A stretch of DNA of 63,767 bases, counting the filler, from Octopus bimaculoides (Eukaryota): assembly GCF_001194135.2 (NCBI RefSeq). It is 6 parts of 6 records of this genome, joined end to end, with 100 filler letters (N's around TTAATTAATTAA, not from the genome) between each part and the next. Parts side by side here need not be neighbours in the genome. Positions count along the whole stretch, not along the records: positions 1 to 19,815 come from NC_068985.1; positions 19,916 to 32,331 come from NC_069004.1; 4 more parts are not named here. One strand, written 5' to 3'. This document shows positions 13,127 to 26,649 of the stretch, piece after piece; the stretch's first letter is position 1; each line of letters opens with the position of its first letter. The position numbers were made by a program, and so were the translations under genes. The notes below the pieces were generated by a model. It did not search any database. It was given only the letters and a program-made list of their open reading frames with translations, and was not told the DNA's origin.

Positions 13127-13560
13127 AAAAACAAACTTTTGTCAAAATTGTTAAGATTAAACCCTGTTCTATGTGACACATTCTACCAGTATCGGAAGTT
13201 TGAAAGTGTTTAGTTAAAAAAAATAATTAAATAATCTGTACGTCTAATTGAATAGATCCGAAATGGATGAAAGGCAAAGTCAACCTCGGCGGAATTTGAA
13301 CTCAGAACGTAAAGACAGACGAAATACCGCTTCTAAAATACAAAATTTTGTCAAAAACGCTAAGAATAAACACTGTTCTAAGTGACATATTCTACCAGTA
13401 TCGGAAGTTTGAAAGCGTTTAATTTTTTAAAAAATTCGTTAAATAATCTGTACTTCAAAGTCGACCTTGGCAAAATTTGAAATCAGAAAACGTAAAGACA
13501 GGCGAAATATTCTTAAGCATTTCACCCGGGATGCTAACGTTTCTGGCAGCTCGCTGCTTT
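13127..13560. repeat. Diverged ~200-bp tandem duplication, each unit ending in a minus-strand Nin-type SINE fragment
   Basis: 'ttctaccagtatcggaagtttgaaag' occurs at ~13182 and ~13390 with matching flanks. Confidence 0.8.
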
Positions 13561-13726
13561 AGAAATTGAGTGTTCGTTTTAGAAATATATTCTTTATTCT
13601 TATTGCTTAAGCGTTACTCCCTTACTTACTGACATGAAATTTTAACATTTTACCTTTATGCCAAAGTTTGCAATTTAGTTGAGAACTGAATTAGTGGTGA
13701 AGCTTGGAAGCTGCTGCGATTGACGA

Positions 13727-13845
13727 TCCACTCACAAGGCTTTGGTCGGCCCGAGGCTATAGTAGAAGACACTTGCCCAAGGTGCCACGCAGTGGGACTG
13801 AACCCGGAGTCATGTGGTTCGTAAGCAACCTACTTACCACACAGT
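13727..13845 (-). mobile_element. tRNA-derived SINE head (possibly CORE-related, OR-like)
   Basis: Reverse complement reads gtgtggtaagtaggttgcttacgaaccacatgactccgggttcagtcccactgcgtggcaccttgggcaagtg. Many copies in the window (19315, 23070, 35560, 38360, 47340, 53625, 61245). Confidence 0.75.
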
Positions 13846-13931
13846 ATTAAAAAAATACAGAGCTTGCTCAAAAGGTTGGCGGATCATTAGATACTGACTA
13901 TTCTGCCTAGTTTGGTCTCCTTAGAGAAACT

Positions 13932-13964
<33 letters not shown>

Positions 13965-13968
<4 letters not shown>

Positions 13969-14290
13969 ACTTCCAACTTCATTGTTCAGGCCCAACGCTC
14001 TCCTACTACTTCCTTCCTAAGATTCATAAATCCAACAACTGTGGCCGCCCCATTGTCTCTGCTTGAAATTGACCATACAGAATTATTCTACCAATCGAAC
14101 TCGTCGTCGCACCCCTAGTGGCTTCCCTTCTACATTCACAACACCACCCAAGCCCTTCATCGTCAATTCCTTTTTACTTCCATCCTGGATATTCCCGACT
14201 CCCGTCTCCGTCTGGAACAGAAATTATTTTTTCTCTTCAGACTTTGGTCTTTAACGGTCTAAATTCCCAACCCCTTTTCATCTAACCCCA
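13965..14290 (+). mobile_element. Penelope-like element relic with internal deletion (RT N-terminus fused to GIY-YIG C-terminus)
   Basis: 'YFLPKIHKSNNCGRPIVSA' (PLE RT), then within ~150 nt 'RLRLEQKL..QTLVFNGLN' (PLE endonuclease end). Confidence 0.6.
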
Positions 14291-15585
14291 CTTTTTTTCC
14301 ACTTCACACACCTACACACACTATCCACCTCTTAGTTTCCTACAGTTTCCGTTAATAAACTTTACACATACACCTACACCAGACAGTTTAACAAAATACT
14401 TAACACAATAAGCACAGTATATGCATATGCCTACACACGTCTATTATCTTCTTCTCACACATTAACACCCATACTTCAGTTACAGTCCCACATGTCACCC
14501 ATAGGCACACATATAGTAACAAGAATATAACACCAACACTTCCAACCCCAACAAATTCTTATGTCAACTTTATTTTCACCTAACACGCCTATCCAGTATG
14601 ACGTACAAAACAGCCTCACACACAAACAAACAGTAATCAAGCACACGCGCACACACACACACACAATATACATGCACACAGTAGCTTCATACACACGCGT
14701 GCATGCACACATATACATGCACGGTAAGTTCACAGTTATCCCACTTGTTGCTCACACCTAAAACGATCACCCTATCACTTATACTAACATACAAACTTCC
14801 CTAAATACTGTATTACATTTAATCCGTTGCTTTACTGACCTGGCTATCAGCACCAATTTTGGGTCTTGAAAACATAATCACGAGATAATTTTTAAAAAAC
14901 TGTCCTAATGACTAATATTGCTGATAAATATTAAAACTGTTCCTTTTACAATGAATCATCAGTTTATCTTCATCTATATTTCTAATCTTTTCTCAAACAG
15001 TTGTGATAATTTAGACGAAGGCTTAAGTCTTTTTTCTGCAGTAATAAAAATGGAGGTTATGAATCTCCTAAGAAAACTCTATAAGCTTTTAGTGATGTCA
15101 TCATTCTAGTGGATCTCAATCATTAATTTGTCATTGGTAGTGCATAATATTTATGTAAGCTACGTGTTAAGGTGAAAATGACCACATTAATATTTTTATA
15201 AGTTTCCATATATTTTATTACCCAGAACATTTGCATTTACATATGTACAGCAATTATTTCAATACGACATCAAATAGTGAATGTGATAGTTACAAGTTTT
15301 CATTGCATAAAGTATTTTCGTTATTTATATGAAAATCATTCATGGTTATTAAAGACAGTATAAGTAGAAAGAAGCCGAACACATTGTCATAGAACCGACC
15401 AAGAGTTAGTAGTACACAATATTAGGGAGGGTGAGTGTTAAGGTGAGAATATTTACATGTTTCCATATGTTTTATCAACTGGAATGTTTGTGTTTACATA
15501 TGTACAATTATTATTTGTACATAATAGCACATACGAGATAGTGAATAGTTAAGTCTTCATTGCATGAAATATTTGTTATATATAT

Positions 15586-15628
<43 letters not shown>

Positions 15629-15630
15629 TG

Positions 15631-16266
15631 AAGGAATACAAAAATGGGACAAGATTGCAAAACATCCAGACAGTTAAATGATACAAAAAAGGGACAAGAA
15701 AAATCAAGGACGGGTCATTCGGAGTTTTCTTTCCTCAGTCGAGTTCCAGATTATCTTTGCAATTTCGGCTGGTTATGCTCGAGATTGCCTGTCCCAAAGA
15801 AAAACTAAGCTAAGAGCTCTATATTCCTTAGAAGGAAGCAGCTAATGTATACGAAAACAAGGACGATAAAAAACGGAGAAATGGTACACAAATGCAAATG
15901 CAAATAACATGACATTAACAACAGGTGTTTTTCAACTAAGGACGAATTAAATTAAGCTGGCATGTGTGGAAGTGAAGTAAAGAGATGACGCATGGGGAAG
16001 AATATCAAGAAAGGAAGGTCAGCCTTGGCTGAACACCGATCATGTGGAGAGAGAGGAGAGAGGTAAAGCAAAGGGAGAGAAGAATAGGGAGGGACGGGAA
16101 AAAAAGAAAAGGGACAGAGTGAAGTGAAAGAGGAGGGAATGTAAGAATGAGGAGAAAGCCAGGAAATGTAAGAGGGGGGAACGAAAGAAAGAAGAGTGGA
16201 AAGAACGAAGTAAGTGTGAAGGGGCTGATAGAAAGAAAGAAAGAATGAAAGCATAAGAGTTGTACA

Positions 16267-16308
<42 letters not shown>

Positions 16309-16665
16309 TTACATATAGGAGACCAAAGTGTACGTACGCCGCGATATGTATATAAAAAGGAATATAAAAAATGGGACAAGAATGCAAACCATCCAGACAG
16401 TTAGATGATACTAAAAAGGGACAAGAAAAAACAAGGACGGGTCATTCGGAGTTTTCTTTCCCCAGTCGAGTTCCAGATTATCTTTGCAATTTCGGCTGGT
16501 TATACTCGAGATTGCTCTAATCTGGCCAGCCCCAAGGAAAAACTAAGCTAAGAGCATTAGATTCCTTCGAAGAAAGCAGCTAATGTATACGAAAACAAGG
16601 ACGAAAAAAACGGAGAAATGGTACACAAATACAAATGCAAATAGCAGGACATTAACAACAGGTGT
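15631..16665. repeat. ~300-bp direct repeats (15631-15928, 16357-16665) around a purine-rich spacer; third inverted copy at ~48281-48560
   Basis: Near-identical blocks, e.g. gagttccagattatctttgcaatttcggctggttat. Confidence 0.85.
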
Positions 16666-17323
16666 CATATATATGTATATATATATGTGTATATATGAAA
16701 ATTGTTCAGGAACAAAGTAAGTAGAAAAAAGGGAAAATACCTTCTTACAAAACTGACCAACAGAGTTCTGTGTAGCACCTGAAGTTCTTCTGTTCAGAAG
16801 TTCAATATCCCATCGTTTTGTAACGTTCAGTCAAAACTTCTAAAACCTTCGGCAGAACTATTTCATGGGAAAATTCATAAAACTTACTTTCAAGTCTACT
16901 GCTCATTTGGTTACACACCAAATGATCTGATTGCTCAAATTATGTTCTTGAAGGTACTAACGCTTTTTATGGCAACATAGTTAATTTATTGTAGCTGTTC
17001 TTGCCTTTTATAGCATTATAGCTGGGTTGTAGTTCTAAATTGGGAATCTGAATAAATAAGATGGTTTGAGACTCAACAGAAGCCTTGCTGCAAAGTCTCA
17101 CCCTCTGTAATATGTCAAGTCAACCTTAGGTGAACAATTTCATTCAAACCTAAAATCTAGTTTCCAACTTAGCTAAACTGAAACAAAAAAATAAGTAGAT
17201 GTCTTATCCAAGGACATAATACTTAACAGACATTTGGATAAGAATTTATGGGATGGTGCCTCTAATTGAAACAAGCTTTAGAATTCTTTGTATGTCTCTT
17301 TCTCTGTTTGTTTGTCTATCTGC

Positions 17324-17382
<59 letters not shown>

Positions 17383-18703
17383 ACTCACTCCTTGTATCTC
17401 TCTGTCAGCTTCTTTCTCTATCTGTCTGTCTCTCTTTCTTTCTTTCTCGCTATCTGCCTTTCTCTCTCTCTTTCACTTACCCCTCTCTCACTCCCACCTC
17501 TCTCACTCCCACCTCTCTTTCACTCCCCCATTTCCCAATGAGATATCTACCTTTACTTTATCAACTATGTGATGAAGAGTAGGTACAGCATGGCCTACTC
17601 ACTTTGCAAACACAAAGTCCTGGGTTTGATCCCACTACATGTAATTTTAGATAAATACCATTTTCTATTGCCTCTTGTCAACTCATCCTTGTGAGTGAAG
17701 TTGAGTTGATGGAAACTGCATAGAAGCCCATCAGATAGATTGTACCTGCAATTCAAATGGAACAGCCTTATCACTGACTGTGTCACTCAGATTCTGCCTG
17801 AGAATTATATTATGGGTACACCTGTCTGTGGAATGCTCAACCACTTATACATTAATTCAGGAGCAGCTAACTCTGATTAAACAACAATACTCTCAATGTT
17901 CAAATGATAGAGACTAATGGCTAATGTGCCAAAGTATTCTGCCACTGAAATGAATCAGAGAACCAGTTTCAATTCCTAGTTAACAGACATCTCAACAATA
18001 TGGTTGTAGGGAAAATATCCAGATATCTAGAGAATGTGTCTGCATACTCAATACACATATATAGCAGGGCCTCACATACATGGAAAAGTCAATTGATTAA
18101 AAAAAAACTCAATTAACGAAGATTATTCATGCAATTATTAGACAAAATACTCCTGTTAAGGTGTTTAAGATCTTAAAACTAAAAAAGCCAAAAGAGATAA
18201 TTCCCATTAACCAATTGAAATCTTTTTTGAAAATCGAAGATGATGTAGATGTGAGCAGATTTAAAGTCTTTCACCATATGACTCACAAGAATGAGCTTTT
18301 GCTAGCTAATTGCATAGATAATCTCAGTTAATCAAGTTTTTCAACTCAATGTAGTTAAATAAAATATGTATTCTTTACTTTTAGGATAAAACTATTAGAA
18401 GAGCATGGAAGCCACACAAAATCTTGTCTTTCTTTATTCTTTAGTCTCTAATTTGCTTTAATCATCATGACTAAAGCATGCACTGCATTCAGATTAGGTT
18501 AGATTAAAAAACAAAACAACAAAAAACAACAAACAAAAAACTGAGATGACAATGACTGGAATAGACTTTGAAATTTGTGATGTGATATTTAGCTGTTTTT
18601 CTATCATAAACATATATGTATTGTCATCATTGTCCTCCTCCTCCTCCTCCTCNNNNNNNNNNNNNNNNNNNNNNNNNNNNNNNNNNNNNNNNNNNNNNNN
18701 NNN

Positions 18704-18737
<34 letters not shown>

Positions 18738-18946
18738 TTTACACTCACTTTTCCATGCTTGCATTGGTCAGATAAAATTTGTTGAGGCAGATTTTACTTT
18801 ACAGCTGGATGCCCTTCCTGTCACCAACTTTCACCAGTTTCCAACTAAAGTGATATTTCCCCATGGAAGGCTGGAAACAAATAACATCACTGGTATCATG
18901 GGAGTTCTCATATACAAGACAAGTTTACACACAGACACACACATGT

Positions 18947-18978
<32 letters not shown>

Positions 18979-19815
18979 ATTTCACTTAGGCATTGCGAGA
19001 CTAATAACCTAGTGTAGAACTCATATATGTATTCTTCAGAACAACATATTAGTCAAGTACAGAGCAGTAATAAGAAAATAAAATGACAAAGAAATAAACG
19101 ATTATCTTATGACCTTCATATATAAATAAACTGTATTCAGGGCTCCAATCAGGCTATAATGTGTTACTCAAGCACTCAACTATGAGTCTACTGCATTCTG
19201 TAGCAGAAACAGCTGTAAGCTAATGAAGTTCATAAGGTAATTGTTTCTTTCTATGTCATCTCATTTTCTCATATGCGTGTGTGTGTGTGTACGTACATAT
19301 ATACGATGTGCTGTTTCAGTTTCTTTGTACTAAATCTACTCACCAGGCTTTGGTCAGCCTTGGACTATAGAAGAAGTGGCACTTGACCAAGAAACCATAC
19401 AGTGAGACATAACCTGAAACCACATGGTTATTAAATGCATTATAATTCCATGTTTCAAAACAATTTAAATGGTGGAGCTGTTCTTGTGTGGCAAACAACT
19501 TGATTTGAGACTCTGTTAATACTGAGGTAAATTACATCACAGACGACATCCATGTTCAAGGCCGGCTCAGGGCTGTGTTAGCTGTGCTGCTACCTTTTAC
19601 TTTTTGTTTCAGTCATTAAACTGCTGGTATATAATATAGGGGCTTTAGTAGAATGAATCAAATGAATGAATAAAATCATTCTCAGTACTTATCTTTTATG
19701 GCTGGTACTTATCCTATCATCTTTTGGGTGTTTTTTTCTACCAGACCGCTAAGCTACGGGGACATAAACAACCCTATATTACATATCTGCAGTTCAACGA
19801 CTGAAACAAATAAAA

Positions 19816-19915
19816 NNNNNNNNNNNNNNNNNNNNNNNNNNNNNNNNNNNNNNNNNNNNTTAATTAATTAANNNNNNNNNNNNNNNNNNNNNNNNNNNNN
19901 NNNNNNNNNNNNNNN
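19816..19915. other. Artificial 100-bp join: N44-TTAATTAATTAA-N44 (also 32332-32431, 39774-39873, 46467-46566, 61654-61753)
   Basis: Five identical spacers. The 12-mer has stops in all six frames. Confidence 0.95.
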
Positions 19916-20216
19916 ATGGATGAAAGGCAAAGTTGACCTCAGCTGGATTTGAACTCAGAACATAGGCCTCTAAGCATTTCAGCTGGCATACTAATGATTC
20001 TGCCAGCTCACTACCCTACTACTACTACTACTACTGATGACGGTGCTGGTGGTGGTAGTGGTAGTGGTGGTGAGTGTAGTAGTAGTAGTAATGTTGGTAA
20101 ATGTAGTCATATCAGGAAGTATTATTACTTCATTTAGAATCTTCTTCCTTGATTTAGTTCATTTTAAGCTTTTATCTACATTTTATGCGTACGTACATGT
20201 GTGTATATATGTGTGT

Positions 20217-20267
<51 letters not shown>

Positions 20268-20598
20268 CTTTTATTAAGGGAAGTAAGTTCAATTTTAGTT
20301 TGGCAACCACAGACTTTTAAATTATTATTATTATTATTATTATTATTATTTAAAAATAGAAGAATTTGTGGAACTGGTCTGCTGCCAGACAGTTTATGTC
20401 TGGGTAAAGTGCTTTACTTATCGAAATGGTTAAATGGAAGTTAGCTGCAAGTTCGTTATAAGGAGTTGAAAAGGTTAAAAACAAAGAAGATAACGAAAAA
20501 AAACAATAGAAAAAAAAGAAGGAAAACTTATCTCTTTCTCTTTCTCCTCCTTTCTCTTCTTATATAATAATGTTGGCACATTATTATATAAGAATCTA

Positions 20599-20643
<45 letters not shown>

Positions 20644-22034
20644 GAATTATGTGAGGAAAAGTCTAGTGGGGGTTGGTGGGATAAGCGAATGTAATCAGAT
20701 TTTAAATAAAAAATCAAAGAACAAATGGTAAACACGTCTACAACATTAAAGTAGATAAAAGAAAGCATCAAAATCTTATTTTTATTACTGGCATTATTGT
20801 TGTTGTTGTTGTTATAATATATAATAAAGGAATTTTATTATTTTTCTATATTTTATTTTATTTTATTATTTTGCTGCTAAAAAATTACTGATTTGTTTCC
20901 TAGGATATGTTTGTTTACTTGTACTGTTAGGTCCGGTAGGTAGATCAGTTGTAGGGGGGTGGTACGGATGGTGTCGGTAGGTGGGTGGTAGGGGTGCGAG
21001 GGTGGATGGTTCGATAGGTAGGTAAGGTAGGTTCTAGGGGGTGGTTGAATGGGCTGGCTGGCTGGTTGGTCGGTCGGTGGTCAGTCAGAAGGTAACTGGT
21101 AGGGGTGGGTGGATGGGTGTTTAGGTGGGTAGGTAGGAAACTGAATGCCTTGTCAAGACTGAGTTCCTGTTTTGATGATCTGAGAGGGGTAACAAGGTTC
21201 TGAAAGTGGGGGGTGGAGTATTTGGAGTGAGTTCAGGGGATGCTGTGTTTTCCTTTTACATGAGAACACTTTCAGAAAATAACAAGTTGCAGTGATGATG
21301 ATGATGATGATGATGATGATTCCCCCCAACACATTCTTAATTATGCTCTTAATCTCCAATGCCCCTCTCACTCCTTCCCCTGCCTGTCTCTCCCCTCCAG
21401 TTCCTCTCCTTCTTCTCCTCTTCCCTGTCTCTCTGACCCTCCCCCCACCAAGTTTTTAAATTAAAGTTTAAAACCCCTTCCTGCTGTTTCCTGCTTTGTC
21501 CACTCTAGACTTGACTGACTGGTTGTGTTTTGTTAGAATCTGTTGGTCACTAATAATGGCCATCATACCAATTGGTCACACGATGACCATAAAGGAGCTA
21601 CTAAGTTGTTGCTTGACTGACTACAAATATCAGCCAGATCTCCCTTGAATCACATTCCACCATCTTAGCAAGGGACATGTTTGATAATGTGACCACTTTG
21701 TTCCCTACTCAACAAGAGGAAGGCAGAAAGGTCATGGTTGGATTGTATTTGATCGGGGAGTTAAACTACAAAAATGATGATGATGATAGAGCCAGATCAT
21801 CTTTAAGTCACAGCCTGATGTCTTAAATGAGGGAAGGACAGCATTAGGTAATGGAGTCCTAGATATCCTTAAAAAAGATGAGACAGTCACACCTGGAATG
21901 CATTTAATTAGGATTGACTTGGAGCTAACGAAGAATGATAATAATGATAGTGATGATGGTAGATATTAGGAGTTAGATGGCATTGGTTGGTGACAGGAAA
22001 ATGGGTGTTATGATGATGATGTTGATGATGATAT

Positions 22035-22144
<110 letters not shown>

Positions 22145-22215
22145 GCGCGCGTGTGCGTATATCTGGACCATATGGATAAGGGTGTAATGTATGTTTTGTT
22201 TTTTCTTTTTTTCAG

Positions 22216-22409
22216 CTATGCTGTGATAGCAACTGGTTGTGCCAGTTGTCCCAAACTGAAATGTGAGCGACCAGAGTGTGTGACAGATTTTTGTTACCAT
22301 TGTAAACAGATCTGGCACCCTAACCAAACATGTGATGCCGCCAGAGCGGAACGGTCGCCCAACATTCAAGCCCTCTCTCTCAACTACAGTCATGAGACTG
22401 GTTCACAGA
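22216..22409 (+). CDS. RNF19A: RNF19A/B (Dorfin)-like RBR E3 ubiquitin ligase, internal exon (IBR domain)
   Basis: Polypyrimidine tract and AG at 22214-15, GTAAGT donor at 22410, 194 nt. Encodes [43 protein letters not shown], matching the recalled RNF19A IBR. A/B paralog assignment is not resolvable. Confidence 0.95.
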
Positions 22410-23789
22410 GTAAGTACATTGAGTTAAAAATCTTTCTTTGCAGCATCACACAATACTTTTGCACCAACATGCTAATGCATCGGGGGTGAGGGTTCTCGTT
22501 CAAGAGACTCCATCACAATTTAGTGGGCAACGAAGTTATCCAGCGAATTACCTGTTGTATAATGCAGGCTGATGTGCAGCTGTTCTGACCACTGGCATAC
22601 GTGTATTCCAGCTTTATGGTGCATACAAAAAAAATGCACAAACATAAAAATTCTCCAAGATTATGCACACTTGCTTGTCTGCCCTCCCCGCTTCCCCCAA
22701 TCTGATTGATTTGTTGTAAACCTGTCCAAGCTGCTTATGTTAAAACATTCTCGGTTGTCTTTTGCGGCATTCCAAATACTAGCAAAATGTACTTTATTGT
22801 ATATAGTACTATAAATTATATAATTTATATATATATATATATATATATNNNNNNNNNNGTCTGCCCTCCCCGCTTCCCCCAATCTGATTGATTTGTTGTA
22901 AACCTGTCCAAGCTGCTTATGTTAAAACATTCTCGGTTGTCTTTTGCGGCATTCCAAATACTAGCAAAATGTACTTTATTGTATATAGTACTATAAATTA
23001 TATAATTTATATATATATATATATATATATACATACACACACACACACACATTATATTATATATGAAGTTTGCTTCCCAACCACATGGTTCTGGGTTCAG
23101 TCCCACTGCATGAGCAAGTGTCTTCTACTATAGCCCCAAGCCAACCAATGCCTTGTGGGTCAATTTAGAGCTGGAGACAATGATTCATGGGCAAGAATCA
23201 TTGCCCATGAATGGCTTATTTGAAGAATAATAGTAATTTCTAAAATGGAATTCGTCAATGCCAAGAATGCTGCTGTGAAATTTACTTTGGTCAACCAACA
23301 GTTCCGAGAAACAGGTGTTGTTTTTCTTATAAATGATTGTTAAAAATTATGTTAGTTTTTGCTTCGTGTAAAGTGGATGAATTTATTTTGATGGTTCTTA
23401 TTTGGAGAGAACAGATTTAATGTAATTGAAAGTCTGTGCAATCCCATTTAATAAGTTTTGTTATAAAATCTTTTGAAATTGTCAGTAATTAGAGCAATGC
23501 TTTTATTTTCAATTAAGAAAAATATTTAGGACTGTGAAAAATTAATTGTTCCAGCATAATTATACAAAACTAACAGACATAAAGCTCTGTTGTATACACA
23601 GCAACGTGCATTCGATAATGAGTGTTAGTGTTGTATCATTTTGTTTTCTGAAAATGTGGAATGTTGTTGTTTCATCATTTTTGAAGATGATTATGTAATT
23701 ATGAATGCAGTACACAATCACCATTTAAATTATAAACATTGTAAGAAAGCAAAAAGAGTACACTTAATTATTTCTTTATTCTTGATTGT

Positions 23790-24218
23790 ATGCATGAGAA
23801 TTTGAAAAAGAAGCAACCCGGACTAGTGAATAGAGATGGCCCAATTTTGCTCCACGACAAGGCACGTCCTCTCACTCCTCAAGCTATGATCCAAAAGTTG
23901 CAAAGCCTGAATTATGAGATTTTGCAACATCCTCCCTACTCTCCTGGTATCTCTCCTACTGATCATCACTTATTTAAGCATTTTGAGCTTTTCATAAGCA
24001 TTCTTGAATAGAGAAGAGGTAATTGAATCATTCGGATAGTTTATCACAGCAAAAGATGAATTTATTTTTTTTAATGATGGAATATATGACATTGAGAAAC
24101 GTTGAGTAAATGTCATAAATGAACATGGATCGTACTTTGATCAAATAAATCAGTTCTCTAACATTTCTGAAACATTTTGTTACCTTTCAAATACGACATT
24201 TCATGTGAAACAACCTAA
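23790..24218 (+). mobile_element. mariner transposon 3' fragment with right TIR
   Basis: 'ILLHDKARP..HPPYSPGISPTDHHLF'. TIR gacatttcatgtgaaacaacctaa followed by TA. Confidence 0.9.
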
Positions 24219-25437
24219 TATTTATACAAAGGAAATAACAGGAGATAATTAAATGGGCATGATTAAGCAACAGTAATTAAATGGAGATAATTAAATTAAA
24301 TGGATCAAATAGATTAGTAAAACTTGTGTGTCATCATTTAATGTCTGTTTTCCATGCTGGCATGGGTTGGATGGTTTGACAGGAGCTGGCTTGGCAGAAG
24401 ACTGCCCCAGGCTTCAGTTGTTTCTTCTGGCATGGTTTCTACAGCCTGATGCCCTTTCTAATGCCAACCATTTTATAGTGTATACTGGTTGCTTTTCTAC
24501 ATGGTACCAGCGCTGGTACACGGTGCCGGCATGAGTGCTTTTTATGTGACAACACACATACACATCAAATACCAAATTAAAATATCTTTTGATGAATGTT
24601 TTTTACTGCCAATAGATTCTCCCTGTTGTCTTTGATTAATTTTAATTGTACACCACCACCACAAAAAAAAAAAAAAACAAATCTAACCAATTATATAATT
24701 TTAAATTAGAAATTTTTTTTTTAGTTGTCAGTGTTTAAGATGCATTTATTGTTAATGTTATTGTTGTTCATCATCTTAGAGTCCTTAGAATTAAGCAGCA
24801 GTCATATGCTGGGGTTGATGTAGCCAACTGATCTTTCTGCTCATCCCCACCCCCTCAAAGTGTGTGGTCTTGAGCTCATCTTAGAAATGGTGGACAGGGA
24901 CAAAGGCAGGGACAGCAGCCAAACATTTCACCTCCTTTTTCTTTCATCTGATTTTAATTTAAACTACCCTCTGTCCCTTTTCCTATCCTGTCCTAGCAAT
25001 GTGTCCCTTATAAATTTCACTCTGTGGTGAATAATAAAGAAGTTGTTAAAGTGGTCAAGCGGGCAGAATTGTTGCTCCACTGGACAAAATGCTTAGCAGG
25101 GTTTCATCCAGCTCTTTACCTTCTGAGTTCACATTCTGCTGAAGTTGGTCTTACCTTTTATCTCCCCCTTTTTTTTTTTTTCTTGGTTGGGGTGGGGTGT
25201 CAATAAAATAGAGTACCAGTTGAACACACAGGGGTCTATGTAATTGACCTAGCCCCTCCCCTCAAAATCTCTGGCTTTGTGTCAGAATTTGAAGCAATTC
25301 TTGCCGTTAGAATGATTAGCACATCAGACAAACTGCTCAGTGGCAGGGTTAATAAAATAAAGTACCACTGAAGTACACCTATCAGTTTCCTTGCTTATCT
25401 CTTCTCCATTGCAATTCTGTTAGAAAAGATGACTGTT

Positions 25438-25475
<38 letters not shown>

Positions 25476-26095
25476 TGTTGTGGTTGTTGTTGTGGTTGTT
25501 ATGGTTAATTTGGTTCTGAAGGAAGTGCGTGTTCTGCAAGTGTAGCGAATAAATATTGTAATAGTCTTGCTAGGTTATTGATCTTGGTGTTTATTATTAG
25601 ACGAGACAAAACTAGTCTTGGACTACTGTAAAATTATGACAATTAACTTGTCTCTGTTGCATTGTTGTTGTGTGTGTGTGTGTGTGTGTGTTTGTTTGTG
25701 TGTCTGTGTTTGTCCCCCCCAACATCACTTGACAACCAATGCTGGTGTGTTTAGGTCCCCATAACTTAGCAGTTTGGCAAAAGAGACCGATAGAATAAGT
25801 ACTAGGCTTCCAAAGAATAAGTCCTGGGATCGATTTGCTTGACTAAAGGTGGTGCTCCAGCATGGCCACAGTCAAATGACTGAAACAAGTAAAAGAAAAA
25901 ATACACATTTATGTGTGTATGTATATATATAGACAGACCCATTTTTGTGTGTGCANNNNNNNNNNTATATATGTATATATATATATATATATATAACGTT
26001 CACATGTTTGTGTGTGTGTGTGTATATGTATATATATACCCTATACACACCCGTTTGTGTATGCATATATAATGTGTTTAACCTTGTCCTTTTAG

Positions 26096-26240
26096 GGGAC
26101 GACATCAAGCCATGTCCACGATGTACAGCCTTCATCACCAAGATGAACGATGGTTCCTGCAACCACATGAAGTGCACAGTGTGTGGCACCGAGTTCTGTT
26201 GGCTTTGTATGAAAGAGATTTCAGACCTTCATTATTTAAG
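26096..26240 (+). CDS. RNF19A: RNF19A/B-like RBR E3 ligase, internal exon (RING2/Rcat domain)
   Basis: TTTAG acceptor, GTAAGT donor at 26241, 145 nt, in frame with the previous exon (A|GG = Arg). Encodes [47 protein letters not shown], with the catalytic Cys in SCNH intact. Confidence 0.96.
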
Positions 26241-26649
26241 GTAAGTTATTGATTATATTGATCCACGTTTATCGATTGATGGCGTTATTGATTTGTTGTG
26301 TTATCTAGTATTTCTTGTAGGAAAAGGTTTGCTCTGCCTCGTCTGGCAGAGAAGTTAAAAGTTAAAACTGGATTATTTTGTAACTCACTGCTTCCACCTT
26401 TACCACCCTCACCACCACCACCACCACCACTAATACTACTACTGCTACTACTACTACTACTATTACTACTACTGTTGCTGCTGCTGCTGCTGCAACAATG
26501 AAAATTGCCACTGCTTGCTTTCATTGAGAAAGTCTTTCTCCACACACACATACACACATAGCGTCAGATAATGCATAAGAACAGATGCATAGCAACAGAC
26601 AATGCACAAAAGCAGATATATATATATACACAAGTGCTGACTACCTCCA

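Noticed and set aside
15710-15745. Hammerhead-like CUGAGGA...CCGAA in the 300-bp repeat (also 16440, 48427)
   Set aside because: No GAAA, no stem I pairing, and the core is not conserved (CTGGGGA in one copy).
22562-22588. 'MQADVQ', resembling the RNF19 C-terminal LEVQADV motif
   Set aside because: Wrong position (before RING2), an immediate stop and no splice context.
22677-23030. Exact ~170-bp tandem duplication
   Set aside because: Identical copies sit either side of a 10-N gap, each ending in the same (TA)n, which is typical of an unmerged contig overlap.
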